DNA of 64,000 nucleotides, taken from assembly GCA_964188305.1 (NCBI GenBank), contig OZ076889.1, one strand, 5' to 3'. Below, one piece after another: positions 13,852 to 26,702 of this stretch. This DNA is from Podarcis bocagei (taxonomy: Eukaryota). The notes beneath the pieces are model-generated. The model was not told the DNA's origin. It was given only the letters and a program-made list of their open reading frames with translations, and made no database searches. Numbering within the stretch: position 1 is the stretch's first letter; the number at the start of each line of letters is the position of its first letter. The translations under genes were made by a program, and so were the position numbers.

Positions 13852-14215
13852 AAAAGGTAAAGGACCCCTGGACAGTTACGTCCAATCAAAGGTGACTATG
13901 GGGTTGTGGTATTCATCTCGCTTTCATGCCAAGGGAGCCGGCGTTTGTCCACAGACAGCTTCCCGGGTCATGTGGCCAGCATGGCTAAACCACTTCTGGT
14001 GCAATGGGACACCGTGATGGAAGCCAGAGCACACGGAAAAGCCATTTATCTTCCCACCATAACGGTACCTATTTATCTACTTGCACTGGTGTGCTTTCGA
14101 ACTGCTAGTTTGGCAGGAGCTGGGACAGAGCAACGGGCGCTCACTTCATCGCAGGGATTCAAACCGTCGACCTTCCGATCGGCAAGCCCAAGAGGCTCAG
14201 TGGTTTAGACTACAG
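13852..14215 (+). mobile_element. Sauria SINE (Squam1)
   Basis: AAAGGTAAAGGACCCCTG start, GGTACCTATTTATCTACTTGCA core, GATTCAAACCG box. Same family as 17725, 18796, 35101, 41478, 42183. Strand is given relative to the AAAGGT-first reading. Confidence 0.9.
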
Positions 14216-15039
14216 AAACTACATCAGCTCCAGGACGGGGACAGATTGCCATTCATGCTAGGAGGATGCTGGGGAACAGGAGAGCTTTGGATGCTGCAGA
14301 ACCACAGCCTCACTCAGCATCCTCCTAACACATGTCCTTTTTGCCTGCCGCAGTGTTGGAGCACAAGCTCCTGGTGGGAATTAATTTTAGTTTTTGCTTG
14401 GGATGAGCAGTTTTTGCAATTAGGATTTATTCAAATATAATAGCCTACTCTCCGTTCAGCTGTTGATGGCCACAAACAAGCCTGTCCCAGTCAGGACATG
14501 ACTGACATGGAGTTACAGAAGATAGTTCCGCTTGTCATCTAAGATATGATGCCTGTCATCTCTGTGTGTTTTTTGTTGGATGAAATATAATTGCTCCTGT
14601 GGTTGACATTGATGAATGGTGTTGACTGGAATGCATTCTTCTGATTGCTTCAATGAACGATGCGTACACCATGCTGATTTCTGAGTGACATTAAAAAAAT
14701 ATCTGCTTCTTGGAGCAGCCTTATGATTAACCTCTAAACAATGGCATTGCTTTTGGGATACTAATATTTCAGCAGGGTTTTTGTTTTTTTGTTTTTGTTT
14801 TGTCAAAGTTCTTGCTTGTAGAAAGGTTAAGTCTTCTGAAACAGAAATTGTGTGGATAAGTAGATATATTAACTTTGTGATCATTCTGTTGCACTAGGAA
14901 TCACATTAGAGAAACATCCTTAACCTAAGAACTGAGCATTCCCACTATACTGTCCCACTGTAGCCATAAGGAAATGACCTTGCATACTCCAAATATTTTG
15001 AGCACTCCCCCAAGGTTGATTAAATAGGCTGTGCAAATA

Positions 15040-15440
15040 AATGAATTTATACCAAGGAAGCACTTCTTCATGCAATGCATAATTAAACTATGAAACTCGC
15101 TCCCACAGGAGCGAGGTGATAGCCATCAAATTCAATAGCTTTAAAAGAAGATTGGACAACTTCATTGAGGATAAGACTATTGGTGGCTACTAGCCATGAT
15201 GGATATGTTCTGCCTCCACAGCCAGAGTCAGTAATGCTTATGAATACCAGTTGCTGGAAAATGCAGAAGGAGAGTGTGTTCTATTGTTTGGGTCCTGTTT
15301 AAGGGTTTCTCACAGGCAAATGGGCAGCCACTGTGTGTGCAGGATGCTGGACTAGAATCATAGAATCATAGAATTCTACTGTGTGTGCAGGATGCTGGAC
15401 TAGATTGGCTATTGGCCTGATCCAGCAGGCTCTTCTTCTT
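15040..15440 (+). mobile_element. Old CR1-clade LINE 3' end
   Basis: Degenerate C-terminal ORF2 sequence (FF..Q...W.SLP...FKRRLD-like) followed by a CR1-type 3' UTR (GGATGCTGGACTAGAT..GGCCTGATCCAGCAGG). Confidence 0.7.
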
Positions 15441-15614
15441 TATATGCTGTTCGAAACATAATTGCCATAGTACTAATAATATTCAAATAGAGACAGTGCT
15501 TTATCCAGGTTTTCAAAGAACTACAAATATATTCTCGGCAATCCGTACAAGAATCCTGTGAGGTAGACCAGTAGCACTGTCCTCAAGAAAGAGATGTGAA
15601 AGATAGTAGTTGTG

Positions 15615-15615
<1 letters not shown>

Positions 15616-15652
<37 letters not shown>
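15616..15652. repeat. (TGAT)n microsatellite
   Basis: Direct reading. Confidence 0.95.
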
Positions 15653-15653
<1 letters not shown>

Positions 15654-16377
15654 GACTACTGTGCAAATTCATCATGGGTGACATGATATTTCCATCATGG
15701 AGCGCCTCACTCAGTTTCTTTACTTCTCCGTGTTGCATATTGATTTTAGTAGTCCCTCACGAAAAAGGATTTCTGTTACCTAAGTGATATGGACAGGGCA
15801 AGGATAAAAGGAAGAGCAAGGCCTAATAAAGCAGTAAGGAAAGACGCCAGTATGGTGTAGTAGATAATCCAAGATGAACACCTGAAGAAGGCTTGTAGAG
15901 ATAAACCATTCTGATGTCATGGGTTTGCAGCAGAAGGAAGGGACTGATGGAGTAGGTTGGTGTTAGAACACACAAGCAGAATGAGCTCCATTTACTAAAA
16001 CAGCTAAAACTTTGTTTGGGCTCTGAACAGACATGGAATCTAAGAAATGGTCCACGTCCCATTTTTGGTTTTGGTTACTTTTGTCAGGAAATTTACCTCA
16101 AGCTCATATATCTACTTATTAAATGAGAATATAAAAGCAGCTGAAAAGGAAGCAATTAAAACAGGCCTAGGGCATCCACTCTTACATGTACTTGACAAAC
16201 TCATTTTCTACCCTGGCTACTCATAATAACCTACTTATTTCCCCCACCCTTTCTTCTACCTGTTTCCCCTTTAAATTCTTGCTTCCACACACTTAACTTA
16301 GTTTGGCATGGTTTTCTAGAGCTCTCATATCTAGCATTGGCATTGTACCGACTTCTTCTCAGTTTCCAATTTCCAGT

Positions 16378-16473
16378 GTGGTATAGTTGTTAGAGCATAG
16401 GACTAGGACCTGGGAGACCAGGGTTCAAATCAACACACAACCATGAAGCTCACTGTGTGACCTTAGGTCAGTC
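16378..16473 (+). mobile_element. Old tRNA-derived SINE head, interrupted by a hAT MITE (tail remnant ~17085-17130)
   Basis: A-box-like TGGTATAGTTG, B-box GGGTTCAAATC, then GTGACCTTAGGTCAGTC. Confidence 0.65.
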
Positions 16474-17084
16474 CACTGGTGGAGGAAGAGGAGTGCAGGA
16501 GGGAGTGCACCGCCTCCAGCAGCGCGATCCCAGTGGGGTGCCTGTTGGGATGCGACCGGGGAGACGGGGGCATTTGGCAGGCCCCCAGCTGGCTCCAGCC
16601 ACCGGCCGGCAGCCGGGCGAACTCCGGTTCTCGGAACAGCATCAATCAGAGACACAAGCCTCAGAGACCTTTAGAGACTTGGCACGCTCTAATCAGCAGA
16701 GTGAATAACTTCTTACAACACAAGTGGCAGACAGAGACATGTGTAAGCATTATTTACAGGCGTTTATTCAGCATAGTTCAGGAACAAAGGAAAAAACATG
16801 TCTGCTTCCCTTCGTGTCCAAGCAAACAGCCGTATAGCAAAAGCAAAATACAACGGAAGTTCCCAGCAGACTGTGCTGGACTGTAAACAGGCATGTGACA
16901 CACAACAGACATGCCTGTTCCTAACAGTGCCATCGCGGCTGCCCCCTGCCTGCACTGGGTGCCATGCCCCTGCAGGCGGCATGCCACGCCTCCAGGACAC
17001 GCACCACACCCCTGTGAGTGCCCTGCCCCACCCCCGGGATGCGCGCCAGCCCCGCCCCACCTGCTCTCGGAAGCTCCGCCACTG
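16474..17084. mobile_element. GC-rich hAT MITE (CAGTGGCG-terminus family) carrying a solo LTR
   Basis: CACTGGTGGAGG.../...GCTCCGCCACTG termini, partial TSD GGTCA(GTC). Same termini as 29877-30255 and 60344-60690. Confidence 0.7.
16543..16926 (-). mobile_element. Solo LTR, 384 bp
   Basis: TGTTGGGA...TCCTAACA termini, perfect 5-bp TSD GTGCC (16538-16542, 16927-16931), AATAAA on the minus strand at 16763-16768. Confidence 0.85.
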
Positions 17085-17132
17085 GGTCATGTACCCTATC
17101 TTGAGCTCTTTGGAGGGAAAATGGGACATAGC

Positions 17133-17134
<2 letters not shown>

Positions 17135-17164
<30 letters not shown>

Positions 17165-17259
17165 ATTCTACCCCGTCCATCCGGCTGGATTTCCCCAGCC
17201 ACTCTGGGTAGCTTCCAAAAGAAAGTTAAAAATACATTAAAACATCAGTCATTAAAAAT
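17135..17259 (-). mobile_element. L2 LINE 3' tail with (TTTA)n
   Basis: Matches the L2 3' UTR seen at 27585-27680 and 44515-44570. Confidence 0.8.
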
Positions 17260-17403
17260 GATTCTTACAGAGTGGGGGGAGTTAAGAATACAGTTCAGAA
17301 TATGGAAGAGCTCTCGGGCACACACATTAGCACACTGTTCAAAAGTATGGTTACTGGAAATTGGTGTCTTGACCACTCAACACTGAGTCTACTTTGTCTA
17401 GAG

Positions 17404-17540
17404 CATTGTTTCCCAAACTTGGGTTTCCAGCTGTTTTTGGAATACAACTCACATCATCCCTAGCTAGCGGGACCAGTGGTCAGGGATGATGGGAATTGTA
17501 GTACAAAAAATAGCTAGAGACTCAAGTCTGGGAAACAATG
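17404..17540. mobile_element. hAT-Charlie (URR1-like) palindromic MITE
   Basis: TIR CATTGTTTCCCA, perfect 8-bp TSD GTCTAGAG, CATCATCCC..GGGATGATGGGAATTGTAGT core. Confidence 0.9.
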
Positions 17541-17724
17541 GTCTAGAGGGAGGGGGAGGGGGAGGAAGAAAAAGGAGATGAATCATGCTGATCAAGGTGG
17601 ATACAGAGCTCTTGAGCCCCATCTTGCCAAAAGATGCTGTCTTCTGGAAAATCCTTTATGCTCCTCTTTCCCCACCAGCTCTGGGGATCAAAGTCTCTTT
17701 CATTCACCTGCTTTGTTATCTTAA

Positions 17725-18083
17725 AAAGGTAAAGGACCCCTGACAGTTAACTCCAGTCGTGAACGACTCTGGGATTGTGGTGCTTATCTCGCTTTACTGG
17801 CTGAGGGAACTGACATTTGTCCGCAGACAGTTTTTCCAGGTCACGTGGCCAGCATGACTAAGCCGCTTCTGGTGGAACCAGAGCAGCGCAAGGAAACACA
17901 GTTTACCTTCCCGCTGGAGTGGTACCTATTTATCTACTTGCATTTTGGCATGCTTTTGAACTACTAGGTTGGCAGGAGCTGGGACCGAGCAGCAGGAGCT
18001 CACCCCATCGCAGGAATTCAAACCGCCGACCTTCCGATCGGCAAGTCCTAGGCTCAGTGGTTTAGACCACAGTGCCACCTGCG
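17725..18083 (+). mobile_element. Sauria SINE, full length
   Basis: Family motifs, 12-bp TSD TTGTTATCTTAA (17713-17724, 18084-18095). Confidence 0.93.
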
Positions 18084-18795
18084 TTGTTATCTTAAGCATA
18101 GGCTATTAGCACATGATGAAACAGATGTTAGACCTGTGGCATCAGAGACTGGGTATGTGTGTTCTTCCAGACCTAGCTCACATTTACAAAGACCTAGATG
18201 GCTTCTATTTTTTGTAGTTCCAAGGAGATTAAGCATTTCAAGCTTAGCTAAGGCTTTGGGACAGTTTTGTATACCAACCATTATGATTATGAAGCTAGTG
18301 TTGCCTGGTAGCAGAGTGTTCTTTTCTAAGCTAAATATTCATTCTTCACTCATACAGTTTATAACTTGATTTATACTGCACTGAAAGCATCAAAGGCTGG
18401 TACACATTTGCAGGCAACACTATAAAAATGGACAGGCAGTTTAGCAGGTTGAGGGAAGAAAAAAGTTTATACTTAGAAGTTTTGCGAGAGGCACAACATG
18501 TCTCTTATAAAAGAACATACATGAATACTTGATATGGAGAACACACATGAGTGTATACATCATAATAATATACCCAACAGTAGAATGCTTAATCTGTTTG
18601 CTTAACAAATAACACTGCACACTGTGAGAAGGAATAATAAGAGGACTTCAGCAAGAAAATACAGCAAGGTGAAAAGCCAGCTGAAAAGATCTAGAGCCTT
18701 AAAATCTGTTATTGGAAGAACTTTAGTTCAAATTGTAGACTGATAAAATGAAATTAACCCCCGCAGTGAAAATTTGCCATATGATATCTAAGATA

Positions 18796-19038
18796 AAAGG
18801 TAAAGGGACCCCTGACCATTAGGTCCAGTCGTGGCCGACTCTGGGGTTGCGGCGCTCATCTCGCTTTATTGGCCGAGGGAGCCAGCATACAGCTTCCAGG
18901 TCATGTGGCCAGCATGACTAAGTCGCTTCTGGCGAACCAGAGCAGCACACGGAAACGCCGCTTACCTTCCTGCCAGAGTGGTACCTATTTATCTATTTGC
19001 ACTTGGACATGCTTTCAAACTGCTAGGTTGGCAAGAGA
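18796..19038 (+). mobile_element. Sauria SINE, truncated at the right end
   Basis: Family motifs up to GCTAGGTTGGCAAGAG, flanking repeat ATGATATCTA (18781-18790, 19040-19049). Confidence 0.88.
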
Positions 19039-22000
19039 AATGATATCTACGTAAAATTAAGACTGGGGCACAAATAGGAATGGGAGAGAAACTTGTTTCA
19101 GTTCAGTTTTTCATGTGAAACTCCCTCATTCACACCTCTGAAAACAATAGTTGCATTTCAAGTCCTACAATGTTTGAAATTTGCATTTCTCCAAAATTTG
19201 TGATGGAATCATCCAATCAAATGTTTACAGAAAATATAGATATATAGATTATAGATAGATAGATGAAAACAACATACAAAATTCATTTTATTAAGGAACA
19301 TAAAAATTGCCCTTGCAAAATGTGTAATTTAGGAGAAAGTCATACTAAAATAAAGATTAATTTTCATAGAGAAATTTAAAACAACTTTTGCATACTTGAT
19401 GTGGAAATGTGGAGAACTGAACTTTGTAAAAATTAGAAACTGAGATAAACTAAAATGGACAGATATGTAGACACAAACTAGACAAAGAGAATGACAAATC
19501 ATATTATTCCACACAATGCTTGTGCTATCCCATAGACATTACCTTTGTTGTGGTGCCATGGTATCCTATATTTCCATAGTTCCCATAATTTCCCTGATTG
19601 GCTTCTCACTTAGCTATGTTGCAGGCACCCTTGGGTCACAGAAAGATGATTCATACAGGGATGACAGCAAGATTTCTATCTTGATTTAGTCCCATACTAA
19701 TGCATTCATTCTAGCACACACTTGACTTCATTGTTTTCTTCACAGTATAATGTGCATGCAAGGTTCGCCTATTTGAATGCAAAATAAAACTCTCAGAAGT
19801 AGATGTAAATTGTCCTCAATTTGTATTCAAATACAAGAAGGAAACTATTGAAATACAAAATAAGCAGTGCACTAACAAATATGCAAGCAAACAAACGTAA
19901 ATGTATTCATGCTTAGCAAGGGAGATTTCATAGTTTGTTTTACGGAACCTACCATACCAGGACAATTACACAGAAACTAACAGCTCACCCTCAAGTATTT
20001 GTTCTGTGATCTTATGCATGTAATTGAAAAGCCACAAGCATGCCAGCTACTTTCTCTGTGGTTTATATGAAGATGTAAATAATCCACTACTAAACGTCAT
20101 AAGGGCACCAGCCAAGATGCTTGATGATTCAAGAACAATTTGTCTCCAAGGTAACCTTTTTAGACAACAGATAACACACCACAGATAGAAATCTGTGGTA
20201 TGTTTAGGGAAACTAAAAACCCCAATAAAAATGATTTAAAAGTTATCATCTTACTCCACTGCAACTGCTTAGATAGTTCATAGGAACTCTGCTAACATTG
20301 AATACCCATCTCAGAAACAAGTGGGACCTCAGAATAAAATGTTGAAGGGTATCTATCCATAGTGTGTATGTGTTACTCCAGTTTGTGGCATCAAAGCTAG
20401 TTCTTGTGTGGCCGCTGCTGGAAATTAAGTTTTTTAAGTCAACACCCTTAACAAACTACAGTTCCCAAGATTCTTTGGGGGAAGCCATCCATGACACTTC
20501 CAAGTGGTATGATACTCCTTTAAATGTACAGTACTGGTGGGGCTCAGGTCAAGCATTGGGAGGAGATGGGGAGACAGAGCCAATGGTCATGACATCTGCT
20601 TGCTCAAATTTAATTGGGCTGTTACTTGAAGAGTGGGCTTTGGGGCTCCCCACTTTTTTGCACTTCTGCAAAGCTTTGGATTTCTCCAAGATCACCAATA
20701 CGTTCATGGTGTGGGTGGGTGGTTCTGTTTGGCCTGCATAGGAATTGAAATCTGTGGCAGCTGCTCAGCATTAATAGGAACGATGATGACTAATTCCTGG
20801 TTTCTTGCTAATTTCTAAGAATTATGCTAATAAAGCTGTTATAAACCTGTGCCTTGTGGTAAAAAGCCAGCCTTTTTTTGCTTCATTTCATTGAAGCTGT
20901 TGTAACCATCTTTAAGATCCCCATAGTCTTCAGAAACTTTGTGCCAGAAAACTTTTGAATAAGGATCTACTATAGAATGTTTTGAGCTCAAAAACATGTT
21001 TTTGTGCTACTGGAGTTTCTGCCCTACTCTCCCCCCTCCCCCCTTGCAATTTCCTTTTTTATTTTGTTTACCAAAGTTGTGCCTGAACATGGAGCAGAAT
21101 GTAGCTTCTGCCTTCTAATTAGAAAGTGGAAAAACTTTTGAATTAAGGTGACTTTCTCGTTCTCTCTCTTTGGAGGGTGAGATTTGTATTGGAAAGGATT
21201 GGCTGAAGGACAGATTTTCAAATGTCAGGAATAATAGCAAGTCATCCAGTCCACTCCCCTGGGTAAAGGTTAGTGTTCATTTTCCTACCCTGGAGATTCA
21301 CACTACTTAATTGTTCACCCTACCCCACCCTCTGTCAGGATTTTGTGACAGCCAGGAGCATGTGGGGCTTGCAGCTGAAAGGAAATGTCCTCCTCCTTAT
21401 GCTTATTATATTCTAGGTATAATATGTCAAGTGCAGCTCTGTCATTCATATTCCTATCATGCCAGATTTAAGAACAGGCCACACTGGTGTTTTCTTCTTT
21501 CTCTCCCCCAGCTCTTTCTTTATAAAAGTCATAAAGGACTGGGTGTATAAGAAATTTGAAGCACAGCTAAGGCAAGAACCTATCTCAAAAAGCTAATGCA
21601 GTCCAACCCTTGCAGCCGGCTGTATCCGACTACGCACATATAAGTATGCCTTGTAATTTAAAGCCTTGTTTGCAAAGGACTTCAAAGGAAGTTTTTTGCT
21701 GGATCAAGCTTAAAGTGCTGACTACCTGCCTGGCAAGCATCCGTAATTGACATGCTTGCAAATGGCGTGCTTTGCCCTCCCACTGGGTTTGAGTAGGGTG
21801 ACAAATGCAGAGTTGAGTTTTGAACAGAACGGGTTTCCTAACGTTGTCATTATTTCTTAATACGAATAGCAGGCTGCGAGCACCGCTTCTCCTCTTCATA
21901 TGCAATTAGCAAACCTGGATTTACTGACAGTATAGGCTTTCCGCCCCTTCTTCTCCCCCCCCCAACCCCATTGCATTTGAAATATCAGCTTGGAAATGCC

Positions 22001-23559
22001 AAAATGCGTTCTCGTGTACAGCTGGTATTTCAGCTGATGGGGCTCAGTAAGGCTGATTTATAGTTATTTCTACCTCGGTATTAATTTCCTTTTACAAAGC
22101 GCTAGACACATTCACAGCCACTGGCTGCCACATGCAGGCATTCACTTTTCAAAAACATCTCTTAAGAAGCATCGTTTGTCACAATCTCGGATAGAGGAAT
22201 TAGCTTCAGGAAGATATTAGGCCTGCAGTTAATAATGTTGAGCTCCCTCCTTTTCTAAAAACAAAAAAACCATCCCCCCTTCTCTGTTTCTTTCCATCCT
22301 GGGGTGATCGTCAGTATGAGATATACATGTCTGTTCATTTTCTAATGCCTGCTGATCAAAACCATGTCCCTTTGGGAGGGAAGAGGAAAGCTCATTCATC
22401 TTTATTATTAGGCCACCAGATTTGCATATTTTTGGTGCTGTCATCACTGCTGACAACGTAACCACTGTTCTTGCAGGAAGCCTGCCCTGTTTTGTACTCT
22501 TCTCACGAATTCTGACAGCAAACTGTTGCAGTGTCAATACATGTCCTTACCACATTGGGGAAGGGATAGATTGATTAATATGTAACATTAATTGAAATAT
22601 TTAATGCAAAGCACTGTGGAGTATCCCCCTCCCCTTTTTGCAATAGGAACAGGATTTCCTGTATACCATTTAGCACAATAATTTTCCATCCAGTCAAAGA
22701 AAGCAACAGGTTTTCTTCCATGATTCCTCCTCTGCTCTGCCCTGTGCTATTCTCACAACAACTCTGTGTGTGGTTTGGGGAGAGGTATAGAAACTCATGA
22801 CAGAGTGGCAGTTTGAACCTGGGTCTCCTCAGACATAGTCTGGCACTCTAACCACTAAACTGCACTGGATCTCAGGTGGTTTGCCTGAGTCACTTTACAT
22901 CATAACCTCAAGCTGGCCAAAACTGCATGCTTTGCTTTGGCATGCCCTTGCATACAATTGAGGTTCCCAAGCATGCCACTTAAGGATACCCAGCTAGATA
23001 CACTAATAGTCAGAGAAATATATAATGCTTGAGGTTGTGTTTACTTTCATGGCATGTGATTAATCCATTCTACATATAAGGTTAATTCAGTAAGCGTTAT
23101 GAATCACATACTATGTGATACACTAAGTGGTCATGTTACACAAACATACTGTAATTAGTTTTGCAGATATTGGAGGCGGGGGTAACCTTATGTCAGCCAT
23201 GACAAAACTTGGTCTTTGTAGACTCCCAACGAGATTAACTTTAGACAGTTCTAGAGGATAGTTTTAGCTGTAATGGCAGGAATAACAACTTGCTTCGTAC
23301 CAGCTAATGACTTGAAACTTGACTTGCAAAAATGAAGCTCCTTTGTTGGCTTAATCTCAACCCTCTCCTATTTCCCCATAAGGAACAGGGGTTTAGGATT
23401 ATGCTGCTTAAGGTCTACAGAAGTGCTACTAGGTCTAAAGTCTGGCCAAACCAGGCATGGAGTACAGTTGGAAGCATTATAAAAAAACTACTCTGCTGGG
23501 CGTCAGATGCGGTCACAGAATTAGCACAAGGGAAATGTTCTCTCAAGTGAGAATTAGTT

Positions 23560-24060
23560 CAGTCAAGGCCCTATACATCTCAAGACCAGGTTACTTGAGA
23601 GACTGCCTTATATACCAGTTGATTTCTGTGGCCTGCAGGAGAGTTCTTAAGCTCTCAGAAGCCTAATCTACATTGACTCTGTGCAGGGCTTTCAATATGA
23701 CTGCCTCTGCTCTGTGGAACTGGAGAACAGCATGCCTGTTGAGATACGACAGGTGCTCACTACCTGCACTTTCTGGAAACAATAAAATACTTTTTTGTCG
23801 CAGCAGGCTTTCCTGAACATTACCAAGATTTCAAAAAAGCTCAACAATTGTGTGGGTTCCCTAAAAAAATATCTCCACAACTTTCAGGGTGTCCTGGTTT
23901 TTTACTTTTTGAAATATAGAAACCTTATAAATGGGTGTTTGTCACAAATTTCTATTTTGTATTGTTTTAGTTTTGTTTTAAATACCTCGACCGCTCTTTG
24001 TATTTATAACAGTTTTCTGCTGTTTTCATTGTGAATCACTTTGAAAATTGCATAAAAGAG
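23560..24060 (+). mobile_element. Old L2 LINE 3' fragment
   Basis: Degenerate KAL..L.PGYLRD.L...LWNW..MP-like coding remnant resembling the 27820-28152 ORF, then an AT-rich UTR. Confidence 0.5.
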
Positions 24061-24489
24061 AACTGATGTTGTTGTTACTGCTACTACTACTACTAATGGG
24101 CAGTGCCTGACACACTGAATCTAAAAAGTGTTCTGTTGTTGTTTGTTTGTCTTTTTAATGGAAAGTGTAATTTTTGAGTTTGGACCAGACACATCAAAAA
24201 TCATGTGAAGTCACACCAAAGTCACATTTGGTCTGCCATCCTGATTCAGAACAGTGTTTGGCATCCAAATGTTGGCAAAGAGTGCCACTCCCACCTCACG
24301 AACCCTCATTCTAAGTATGGCAATGATATCTCGAGAGGCAGACAAACCCATGCCAAAAAATTGGGCCAAGTTACACAAAAGTAACGTTTCAGTCTGCTAT
24401 ATTGATTCAAAATGGCTGCTAGGATCCAAACACCAATGAAAACTTCCACCCTCATATTGAGAGCACTCAGCCAAATTTGGTGATGATAT

Positions 24490-26702
24490 TCATAGAATCA
24501 TAGAATCATAGAGTTGGAAGAGACCACAAGGGCCATCGAGTCCAACCCCCTGCCAAGCAGGAAACACCATCAGAGCACTCCTGACATATGGTTTTCAAGC
24601 CTCTGCTTAAAGACCTCCAAAGTAGGAGACTCCACCACACTCCTTGGCAGCAAATTCCACTGTCGAACAGCTCTTACTGTCAGGAAGTTCTTCCTAATGT
24701 TTAGGTGGAATCTTCTTTCTTGTAGTTTGCATCCATTGTTCCGTGTCCGCTTCTCTGGAGCAGCAGAAAACAACCTTTCTCCCTCCTCTATGTGACATCC
24801 TTTTATATATTTGAACATGGCTATCATATCACCCCTTAACCTCCTCTTCTCCAGGCTAAACATGCCCAGCTCCCTTAGCTGTTCCTCATAAGGCATCGTT
24901 TCCAGGCCTTTGACCATTTTGGTTGCCCTCCTCTGGACACGTTCCAGTTTGTCAGTGTCCTTCTTGAATTGTGGTGCCCAGAACTGGACACAGTACTCCA
25001 GGTGAGGTCTGACCAGAGCAGAATACAGTGGCACTGTTACTTCCCTTGATCTAGATACTATACTCCTATTTATGCAGCCCAGAATTGCATGGGCTTTTTT
25101 AGCTGCCGCGTCACACTGTTGGCTCATGTCAAGTTTGTGGTCAACCAAGACTCCTAGATCCTTTTCACATGTACTGCTCTCAAGCCAGGTGTCACCCATC
25201 TTGTATTTGTGCCTCTCATTTTTTTTTTTTTTTTTTTTGCCCAAGTGCAATACTTTACATTTCTCCCTGTTAAAATTCATCTTGTTTGTTTTGGCCCAGT
25301 TCTCTAATCTGTCAAGGTCATTTTGAAGTGTGATCCTGTCCTCTGGGGTGTTAGCCACCCCTCCCAGTTTGGTGTCATCTGCAAATTTGATCAGGATGCC
25401 CTTGAGTCCATCATCCAAGTCATTGATAAAGATGTTGAATAAGACCGGGCCCAAGACAGAACCCTGTGGCACCCCACTAGTCACTCTTCTCCAGGATGAA
25501 GAGGAACCATTGATGAGCACCCTTTGGGTTCGGTCAGTCAGCAAGTTACAAATCCACTGAGTGGTAGCATAGTCAAGACCGCATTTTACCAGCTTCTTTA
25601 CAAGAATATCATGGGGCACCTTGTCAAATGCCTTGCTGAAATCAAGGTAGGCTACATCCACTGCGTTCCCTTCATCTACCAGGCTTGTAATTCTGTCAAA
25701 AAACGAGATCAGGTTAGTCTGACATGACTTATTTTTCAGAAATCCATGCTGACTATTGGTGATCACAGCATTCCTTTCTAGGTGCTCACAGACTGTTTGC
25801 TTAATGATCTGCTCCAGAATCTTCCCTGGTATTGATGTCAGACTGACTGGGCGATAATTATTTGGGTCCTCTCTTTCCCCCTTTTTGAAAATAGGGACAA
25901 CATTTGCCCTCCTCCAGTCTGCCGGGACTTCGCCTGTTCTCCAGGAATTCTCAAAGATGACTGCCAGTGGTTCTGAGATCACATCTGCCAGTTCTTTTAA
26001 TACTCTTGGATGCAGTTCATCTGGCCCTGGAGACTTGAATACATCTAAACTAGCCAAGTATTCTTGTACTATCTCCTTAGTTATTCTGGGCTGTGTTTCC
26101 TTTGCTGAATCATTTGCTCCAAATTCTTCAGGTCGGGCATTGTTTTCTTTATCGGAGAAGACTGAGGCAAAGAAGGCATTGAGGAGTTCAGCCCTTTCTG
26201 TGTCCCCTGTTTGCATTTCAACATCTTCTCCTCTGAGTGACCCCACTGTTTCTTTGTTCTTCCTTTTGCTATGAACATACCCATAAAAGCCTTTTTTGTT
26301 GCTTTTAACCTCTCTAGCAAGCCTGAGTTCATTCTGTGCTTTAGCTTTTCTGACTTTGTGTCTACCCGGTTTGGCTATTTGTTTGAATTCCTCTTTGGTG
26401 GTTCCCCCCCTTTTCCATTTTTTGTACACATCCTTTTTTAATCTTAACTCAGTTAAAAGTTCTTTAGATAGCCAACCTGGCTTCTTTAGGCACCTTCCAT
26501 GTTCCCGTCTCATTGGTATTGCCTGACGTTGTGCTTTTACTATCTCCCTCTTAACAAACTCCCAGCCATCATGAACTCCCTTTCCTTTTAGTATTACTGT
26601 CCATGGGATCTCACCCAGCACTTCCCTAAATTTTATGAAGTCGGCTTTCTTAAAGTCAAGAAATTGAGTCCTAGTATGCTTGGCTGCTCCTTTCCGCTGT
26701 AT
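24490..26702 (-). mobile_element. CR1 LINE, young, 5'-truncated, with an uninterrupted ~710-codon ORF2 fragment (RT intact, endonuclease lost)
   Basis: ORF 24570-26708 nearly identical to the copy at 1-2676, FADD motif, (TATGATTC)n tail at 24490-24510, probable 9-bp TSD. Confidence 0.97.
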
